From positions 1 through 64,000 of the forward strand of contig OZ223481.1 in assembly GCA_965140785.1 (NCBI GenBank): DNA of 64,000 bases, read 5' to 3'. Shown here one piece after another: positions 57,245-64,000 of the stretch (position 1 is its first letter; the number at the start of each line of letters is the position of its first letter). Below the pieces are notes generated by a model. The model searched no databases, had not been told where the DNA came from, and saw only the letters and a program-made list of their open reading frames with translations. Origin of the DNA: an uncultured Ruficoccus sp. (GTDB lineage: Bacteria; Verrucomicrobiota; Verrucomicrobiia; Opitutales; Cerasicoccaceae). The translations under genes were made by a program, and so were the position numbers.

Positions 57245-59845
57245 TCAGGACTTGGCGGGCCCGGCGTCGCGGGCGCGACGGGTGGTGGTTTCCCACTCGT
57301 AGGTCGGGCGCGTTAAGTGACGCTCGGTCACGTGCTGACGGTCGCCCTTGTGCCACCAGAAGAAGACCGGGCTGGCGATGAAGATCGACGAGAAAGTACC
57401 GGTGATGATGCCGATGATGAAGATCAAGGCGAAGTCAACCACCACGCCCGCGCCGAAGACGTACAGCGCCAGCGCCGCGAGCAGCGTCGTGAGCGAGGTC
57501 AGCAGCGTACGCGAGAGGGTGCGGTTGATGGCGTAGTTGACCGTGTCGAAGAGGCTCATCGAAGGATTCAGGTCGAGCTCCTCGCGGATACGGTCAAAGA
57601 CCACGATGGTGTCGTTGATCGAGTAACCGACGATCATGAGGATCGCGGCGACCATCGGCGCGGTGAACTGTCCGCTGCCGATGCCGAAATACTGCCCGAC
57701 GATGACGAAGACCCCGATCGACATCAACACGTCGTGAACCGTCGCCACCACAGCACCAATGCCGTAGCCGAACTCGAACCGCAGCGCCACGTAGAGCAGG
57801 ATGCCCAGCAGGGCCACAAAGACGGAGAGGAAGGCGTTGGTGGTGATGGCGTCGCTGACGGTCGCTCCGACGGCGCTTTCGCTGACCTTGACCAGTTGCG
57901 AGTCCGGGAAAGCCTGCTGCATCGCGGCGACGACCTGATCGGCACGGTCCTCTTCGAGGTCCACCTGGAGCTTGAGGCGCTCCTTGTTGTCGCCGATGAT
58001 GCTCTGGAAGCCGGCCTGGACCTCGCCCAGGTCTTCGCTCTCGGCCAGCTGCTCGATGTCGGTCAGGCTGGGCTTGTGCGCCTGGTCAAAGTCCATGGTG
58101 ACCTCCACCCCGCCGCGGAAGTCGATCCCGAGGATGTGGTCTTCGTGGGTGACGACGGCGAAGACGCCCGCGGCCACAATGCACCACGAGCAGATGAAGG
58201 CCGGACGGCGGTAATTGAGGAAGGCGAACTTCGCCTTGTCCAGAAAGCCGAACAGGCCGATGCGCTTGAGCATCCCGGCGCTGACGAGCGCCTCCAGCAT
58301 GAAGCGGCTCACGACCAACGCGCCAAACATGGAGGCACCGATACCGATGGCCAGCGTCACCCCGAAGCCCTTGACCGGGCCCGCGCCGAGCCAGATGAGG
58401 ATGGCGGCGGTGATCAGGGTGGTGATGTTGGCGTCCACGATGGTGGAGAAGGCCTTGTCGTAGCCGCTCTGGAGGGCGTTCTTCATGTTCTTGCCCGCCG
58501 CGAGTTCTTCGCGGATACGCTCGAAGATGAGGATGTTCGCGTCCACGGCCATCCCGATGGTCAGCACGAGGGCGGCCACGCCGGGCAGAGTCAGGGTGCC
58601 GCCGACGCTCATGAGAACGCCGAGCACGACCACCACGGCCAGGCCGACGGAGACGACCGAGACGATGCCCGCCAGCAGGTAGTAAAGGATCATGAACACC
58701 ACCACGAGCCCGGCGCCGAGCAGGGCGGCCTCAATGGAGGAGGTGCGCGCATCCGCCGCCAGGGTCGGGCTGATGACGTACTTTTCGCCCACTTCCAGCT
58801 CGAACTTGAGCGGGTTGTTAAGGACGTTGGCCAGCTCCTGGGCCTCCAGCTGGGTAAAGGTGCCGGTGATGCGGGCGCGACCGTTGGTGATCGGCTTGCC
58901 CTCGCTGATGCCGAGTACGCTGTAGAGCTTGCCGTCGAGCACGATGGCCATCTTGGAGTAGCCGTCCTGACCGACGGCCTTGTCCTCGGCAACCATGGCG
59001 CGGGTCATGTCGGCGAAGACATCCCCCCCGTCGCTGGTGAAGTTGAGGGCGATTTCATAACCGCCGATCTGCCCCTGGATGGGGAAAGCCTTGTCCACGA
59101 TCTCGCCGGTGGCTTCCGGGACGATTTTGACGAAGTAGGGCTGCTCGACCGGGTTGCCTTTTTGGTCCTCGTCTTCGAGGGTCAGGATCTCGTAACCGAG
59201 GGGAGTATCCACGCCCGGGGCGGGACGCTGGCTGCTGTCCACCATGCGGAACTCCAGGTGGGCGGGCTTCTTCAGCGCGTCGGCCGCTTCGGGATTCTTT
59301 TCCAGGTCGATACCGGGTAGCTGGACTTCGATCTGGTTGTTACCGGTCGGGCGGATGACCGGCTCGGCCACGCCGAGACCGTTGACGCGGCTCTCCATGA
59401 TCTTGACGGCTTCCTTAAGCTGGGCCTCGGCCGCCGCATCGTTGTCGGGCTGGTCCTTGAGGCGGAGCGTAAAGGCGGCGCCGCCGGCCAGGTCGAGCCC
59501 CTTGTGGAGCTTGCCGCGCGACTCCTCGTAGAGGACGTTCATAAGGACGTCGTTGCGCTTGTCCTGGTTTTTGACCAGTACGAGGTCCACATCCGGGTAG
59601 AACTCGTGCAGGAGGTCCACCTTGTCGGCCTTGGCCTGCTGCTTGATGGCGAGGAAGAGCGGGGTCTCATTGTCCACCCGCTCCTGGGCGCGCTCAATGA
59701 AGGCCTGGTACTCGTCCTGGTTGGCGGTGGCGCGGGTCAGGATGAACTCGTCAAAGTCCTTGTCCTCCATCGGCAACAGGTTGAGCACGGCCCAACCGAC
59801 GATGACGACACTGAGGACCAGTTTCCAGATAATGGAACTTTTCAT
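57245..59845 (-). CDS. secDF: Protein translocase SecDF fusion
   Basis: GLDLAGG, GVAEP, IGMAVDANILIFERIREE, GIDFRGG, GYSINDTIVVFDRIRE. Confidence 0.95.
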   Translation of the reverse strand: MKSSIIWKLVLSVVIVGWAVLNLLPMEDKDFDEFILTRATANQDEYQAFIERAQERVDNETPLFLAIKQQAKADKVDLLHEFYPDVDLVLVKNQDKRNDVLMNVLYEESRGKLHKGLDLAGGAAFTLRLKDQPDNDAAAEAQLKEAVKIMESRVNGLGVAEPVIRPTGNNQIEVQLPGIDLEKNPEAADALKKPAHLEFRMVDSSQRPAPGVDTPLGYEILTLEDEDQKGNPVEQPYFVKIVPEATGEIVDKAFPIQGQIGGYEIALNFTSDGGDVFADMTRAMVAEDKAVGQDGYSKMAIVLDGKLYSVLGISEGKPITNGRARITGTFTQLEAQELANVLNNPLKFELEVGEKYVISPTLAADARTSSIEAALLGAGLVVVFMILYYLLAGIVSVVSVGLAVVVVLGVLMSVGGTLTLPGVAALVLTIGMAVDANILIFERIREELAAGKNMKNALQSGYDKAFSTIVDANITTLITAAILIWLGAGPVKGFGVTLAIGIGASMFGALVVSRFMLEALVSAGMLKRIGLFGFLDKAKFAFLNYRRPAFICSWCIVAAGVFAVVTHEDHILGIDFRGGVEVTMDFDQAHKPSLTDIEQLAESEDLGEVQAGFQSIIGDNKERLKLQVDLEEDRADQVVAAMQQAFPDSQLVKVSESAVGATVSDAITTNAFLSVFVALLGILLYVALRFEFGYGIGAVVATVHDVLMSIGVFVIVGQYFGIGSGQFTAPMVAAILMIVGYSINDTIVVFDRIREELDLNPSMSLFDTVNYAINRTLSRTLLTSLTTLLAALALYVFGAGVVVDFALIFIIGIITGTFSSIFIASPVFFWWHKGDRQHVTERHLTRPTYEWETTTRRARDAGPAKS

Positions 59846-59866
59846 GGGAAGGGGATGGCAAAACGG

Positions 59867-60228
59867 TTACTTGGCCTGTTCGGCCGGGGGCTGGACATCC
59901 TTGGCCTCTTCGCCAGGAGCGAGCACGCTGGTGACGAAGTTCTTGGCCAGTTCGGCCTTGGTCCCGTCCACCAGCTTGATCACGAGGCGGTCGCTCTTGA
60001 CGCTGGTAATAGTGGCGAAGAGGCCGCCGTTGGTCACGATGCGGTCGCCGCTCTTGAGGGCTTCGATGCGCTTCTGGTGCTCCTTCTGTTTTTTGCGCTG
60101 CGGCGCGATGACCAGGAAATACATCCCGGCGAACATCAGGACAAGAATGAGCATGGTGCCGCCATGCCGCCACCCGGCTGGGCGGGGGCGTCTTGAGCGA
60201 GCGCGGTAATAAATGCTAATGGGCTCAT
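59867..60228 (-). CDS. yajC: Preprotein translocase subunit YajC; apparent frameshift near 60160
   Basis: MYFLVIAPQRKKQKE…LKSGDRIVTNGGL. The upstream MSPLAFITALAQDAPAQPGGG leader is out of frame by one base. Confidence 0.88.
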
Positions 60229-60436
60229 GGTATTAATACGGAAAACCGTCGAGGTAAGAGCAGCGCTTCCCAAAAGGCAAGCGGATTGTCAGGCTCGCGG
60301 GCAGCCCCCGTGCAACTCTTCGGTGTCAGCCCGGAAGGGCCCGCCAGGCGACCCTCAAACGTTCAGGCAAGCGTCATTTCCTCTCGGATGCGGATTCCGG
60401 GTTGAACTGCCGGAAAAATTGCACTAGCGGAAGGGC

Positions 60437-62415
60437 TTGCAAAACGGCGAGCAGGACAAATGGTCGGCCCAATCGGCCGACGCCTACTACGGCTTTTCAC
60501 GCTGGGGGAAAGGGCACTTCTCCGTCGATCCCGACGGGGCGCTATGCGTCCACCCCATGGCCGACGCGCGCAAGATCCGGCTCACGGACGTGCTGGAGGA
60601 GGCTCGGCAGATGGGCCTGTCGGCCCCGCTGACCATCCGCGTGCAGGACCTGCTGCGGCGGCGCGTGGTCGAGCTCAACGAGGCCTTTGCCGCTGCCGTC
60701 GAGGCCGAGCAGTACCCCGGGCACTACCAGGGGGTCTTTCCGATCAAGGTCAACCAACTGCGCGAGGTCGTGGACGAAATCCTCGACGCGGGCAAGCCGT
60801 GGAAGTTCGGCCTGGAGGCCGGGAGCAAGCCCGAGCTGCTCATCGCCCTGGCCATGCTCCAGACCAAGAACGCCCTGCTGGTGTGCAACGGCTACAAGGA
60901 CGCCGACTACATCCGGCTGGCCCTGCTCGGCACCCGCCTGGGCAAGAACGTCGTGGTCGTGATCGAGCAGCCCTCCGAGGCGGACCTGATCATCCAGCTT
61001 TCCCGAGAGATGGGCGTGACCCCGATCATCGGACTGCGCCTGAAGCTGAGCACGACCGGCGAGGGCCGCTGGTCCACCTCCAGCGGCGACCACGCCAAGT
61101 TCGGCCTCTCCGCCCCAGAGATTGTTTCGGTGGTGAAAAAGCTCCGCCGCGCCGGGCTCAAGGACGCGATCCAGCTGGTTCACTTCCACATCGGCTCACA
61201 GGTGCCGAGCATCATCACTTTAAAAAAAGCCGTGGTCGAGGCCGCCCGCTTCTACTGCGAGCTGCACAAGATGGGCCTGCCCATGAAGTACCTGGACTGC
61301 GGCGGCGGCCTCGGGATCGACTACGACGGCTCTCGCAGTAACTTTGACAGCTCGGCCAACTACTCCCTGCAGGAGTACGCCCGCGACATGGTCTTCAATA
61401 TCAAGAGCGTATGCGAAAGCGCCGAAGTACCCGTGCCGGACATCGTGACCGAGAGTGGCCGGGCGCTGGTGGCTCTGCACTCGATCCTCGTGGTCGAGGT
61501 GGTGGACAGTATTACCAAAAACGACGAGCCCGCCGACATTTCCAAGCGCAAGAAAAAGCCCCGCGAGCCCCAGGTACTCAAGGATCTGCGCGAAATCCTC
61601 GCCGGCGACGAGCACTGGACCCCGCTGGAGCGCTTCCACGACGCGCAGCAGAAAAAAGAGGAGGCCCAGTCGCTCTTCAGCCTCGGCTACCTCGACCTGG
61701 AGAGCCGGGCCGAGACCGAGCGCCTGTACTGGGAGATCTGCCGCCGCCTGCGCGCGGCGACCAGCGTACGCGGCTACGTGCCCGAGGAACTGGCCGAGCT
61801 CAACGCCGCCCTGGCCGAGCAATACGTGTGCAACTTTTCCGTTTTTCCAGTCCCTGCTCGACCACTGGGGCGCTGGACCAGCTCTTTCCCATCGCGCCCA
61901 TCCACCGGCTCGACGAAGAGCCGACCATCGAGACCACCCTGGTGGACATCACCTGCGATTCCGACGGCAAGGTCAGCCGGTTCATCGATCTGGAGGACGT
62001 CAAGCAGTCCCTGCGGCTGCACCCGCTCGAACCGGGCAAGCCCTACCACCTGGGCGTGTTCCTCGTCGGCGCGTATCAGGACATCATGGGCGACCTGCAC
62101 AACCTCTTCGGGCGCGTCAACGAGGTCCACGTCTTCCTCGAAGACGACGAGGAAGACGGCTACTACATCGAGGAGACGATCAGCGGCTTCACCACGGACG
62201 AGGTGCTGGGCTTTATCCAGCACAAGGGCTCCGACCTCATCCGCCAGATGAAGAAGCAGATCGACCGGGGCCACCCGCAACGACCAGGTCAAGCCTCGCG
62301 AGGGCAACTGCGCATGCTCAACCTCTATTCCGAGCTGATCGGCGAAAAAACCTACCTCAAGTCCGCCGGGCAGAAGAAGCCACGCCGTAAGCGCACCACG
62401 ACGCGGTTAACTTAA
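60437..62415 (+). CDS. speA: Biosynthetic arginine decarboxylase; several indels at ~61845, ~61868 and ~62268-62310
   Basis: VFPIKVNQ, GLEAGSKPEL, CNGYKD, HFHIGSQ, DCGGGLGIDYDG, ESGRA; then in other frames NFSVFQSLLDHW, DITCDSDG, GAYQDIMGDLHNLFG. Confidence 0.92.
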
Positions 62416-62592
62416 GGCCCAATACCGTTTCTCATTAGAAATGAGAGTTGTGTTTATGCACAGATTTTACAGATGGGCACAGATTTCTTCCTTCATGAAA
62501 AATATCCGGGTTTCATCCGTGGCTGATAACACTTCGCAAAACAGGGGGGGAAGGGGTATCAGACAAACGCTCAACTCAGGCGGCGAAGCCGT

Positions 62593-62975
62593 TTACAAAA
62601 TCGCCTCGTAGGCGGCGGCGGCGAGCAGCTTGTCCAGCTCGGCAGGGTCGGAGAGCTTGATCTTGATCATCCATGCGGCGCCGTAGGGATCGTTGTTGAC
62701 CGACTCGGGCGCACCGTCCAGGTCGGGATTGGCCTCGATGACCTCGCCCGAGACGGGCATGTAGAGGTCGGAGGCGGCCTTGACCGACTCAACCGCGCCA
62801 AAGGTCTCGCCCTGGGCGAAGCTGTCGCCGGGCTGCGGCAGGTCTACAAAGGTGATGTCTCCCAGGCTTTCCTGCGCGTGGTCGGTGATGCCGATCAGGG
62901 CGGCTGCCGCGCGTCCTGCGGCAGAATCCATTCATGGTCCTCGGTATACTTCAGCTCGCTGGGGATTTGACTCAT
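62593..62975 (-). CDS. gcvH: Glycine cleavage system H protein; frameshift near 62912
   Basis: MSQIPSELKYTEDHEW in one frame; IGITDHAQESLGDITFVDLP…VESVKAASDLYMPVSG…NNDPYG in another. Confidence 0.92.
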
Positions 62976-63038
62976 GGCTGGAAGCGTGGAGATGAGCCCG
63001 GGCAGGTGAAAAGGCAAAAATAAGGCCGCCCTCAGAAA

Positions 63039-63071
63039 AGCAAGAGCCCGGTCACCAAGGACCGGGCTTGC
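63039..63071 (-). terminator. Hairpin, probable terminator after the PEGA lipoprotein gene
   Basis: gcaagagcccggtc-accaag-gaccgggcttgc, with a T-run following on the minus strand. Confidence 0.5.
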
Positions 63072-63098
63072 AGGGGGGTATAACAACAAGCAACAACT

Positions 63099-63603
63099 TT
63101 ACTTCGTGTAAAACTCGATGATCTTCTCGACCTTGTATTTGTGCTCGACCGGGCTGATTTCGCCATTTTCGCGCTGCTGGTCCACCTGACTGATCAGGAG
63201 GGTCATCTCGCGTACTGGTCGGCACTGCGGGAGCTGGGGATTTCAGTCGGAGTCAGGCTGGACTTCGATCGGGTTGGGGGTCAGGTCCTGATAGTAGCCC
63301 ATGTCATACAGCGGGCCGAACTTGACGATATCGTTCGCATGCTCGTTATCCTTGGGCGTCACGCTGACGTCTTCCGGGCGGTAGCCTTCTTTCTCCAGTC
63401 GAACCTTGGAGACACTCTTGCTTCCGAGGCTCAGATCGTAGGGCGTTTGCCCAACCATCTCCCCGTTCACATAGACATCGGCACCGGAGGGGAAAGCTCT
63501 GGACCGTAATGGTTTCAGGCACTCCCTTATCCAGAGATGAACACCCGGTAATGAGAGCAGAAATTAACAGCGCAGGGACAAGCAGGGTAACTTTTTTAAA
63601 CAT
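63099..63603 (-). CDS. PEGA-domain lipoprotein; indels at ~63490, ~63257 and ~63210
   Basis: Lipobox ITG|C, then ITVQSFP(S)GADVYVNGEMVGQTP…VRLEKEGY, reassembled across frames to …KVEKIIEFYTK*. Confidence 0.75.
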
Positions 63604-63931
63604 GGCTAGGGTATAAAGACGGTGGATGGTACGACTCGCTTCTAACAACGGTCAAGGTTTTTAGCTAATAACGATTTGTAAAATTGCCGGTGGATAATTG
63701 TTTGCTTGCCCGCAAGAGAGACAATTATCTTAGTATCACCTGACCGGGGCAAATGTTTGTTAAAAAATCTATCGCCCCGCTCACCATCTGATGAAGACGC
63801 AATCACGGTTCCCCCACGGAAGGCGGCCCTCGCGGTCCGCCGGCGCTCCGCTGCGCCCCGCTTGCCTCATCGCCCGTTATGGACGACGACGATCCTTCTC
63901 CTAGTAGCCGCCAGGGAGCGGTATCTACACG

Positions 63932-64000
63932 ATGATTGCATTCTGGCTGGCAGTCATCTTCACGCTGGGTGTTTCCGCCTTCTGCTCGCTGCTGGAGGCT
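63932..64000 (+). CDS. N-terminus of a CNNM/DUF21 membrane protein; partial
   Basis: MIAFWLAVIFTLGVSAFCSLLEA matches the DUF21 start motif S-x-F-CS-x2-EA. Confidence 0.75.
   Translation, partial: MIAFWLAVIFTLGVSAFCSLLEA

Noticed and set aside
57317..59320. 667-aa plus-strand ORF (likewise 22074-23834, 17678-18787, 19348-20514 and 49760-50929)
   Set aside because: Antisense to well-supported genes, with no recognisable protein features.
60320..60350. SRP RNA-like gtcagcccggaagggc hairpin upstream of speA
   Set aside because: It has a GGAA tetraloop but lacks the conserved AGCAG internal-loop strand and a long closing helix.
61840..61875. Programmed, polyamine-regulated frameshift in speA
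   Set aside because: There are multiple indels in speA and in unrelated neighbouring genes, so sequencing error is far more parsimonious.

Overview
GC-rich bacterial chromosomal segment. The gene content (alpha2-type GlyRS, SecDF fusion, TPR/ExbB/ExbD/vWA cluster, TMTC-like protein, characteristic intergenic palindromes) suggests Verrucomicrobiota, probably Opitutales; this is inference. Most of it is housekeeping: mtaB, a pabB-pabC-folP-folB/K folate operon, an OGG-type glycosylase, LptF/G, rpsR, sua5, hisC, rlmD, a TrmH-family methylase, glyQS, recJ-secDF-yajC, speA and gcvH. The most interesting parts are: (1) an AT-rich islet encoding a CesT-like type III secretion chaperone plus a candidate effector, with a terminator-like leader; (2) a TPR-TPR-ExbB-ExbD-ExbD-TonB-like/vWA envelope motor operon; (3) a Wzc tyrosine kinase with a 14-Tyr Gly/Tyr-rich N-terminal tail; (4) a kinase-GAF-phosphatase/STAS/REC/Hpt partner-switching module; (5) a structured ~110-nt RNA candidate upstream of an NCS2 purine permease; (6) a dispersed family of perfect 19-22 bp hairpin elements; (7) oleC and oleD separated by a TMTC-like gene. 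Single-base indels in mtaB, yajC, speA, gcvH and a PEGA lipoprotein most likely reflect sequencing or assembly error. No rRNA, tRNA, CRISPR array or transposase was recognised. All assignments come from motif recognition by eye; no database search was run.
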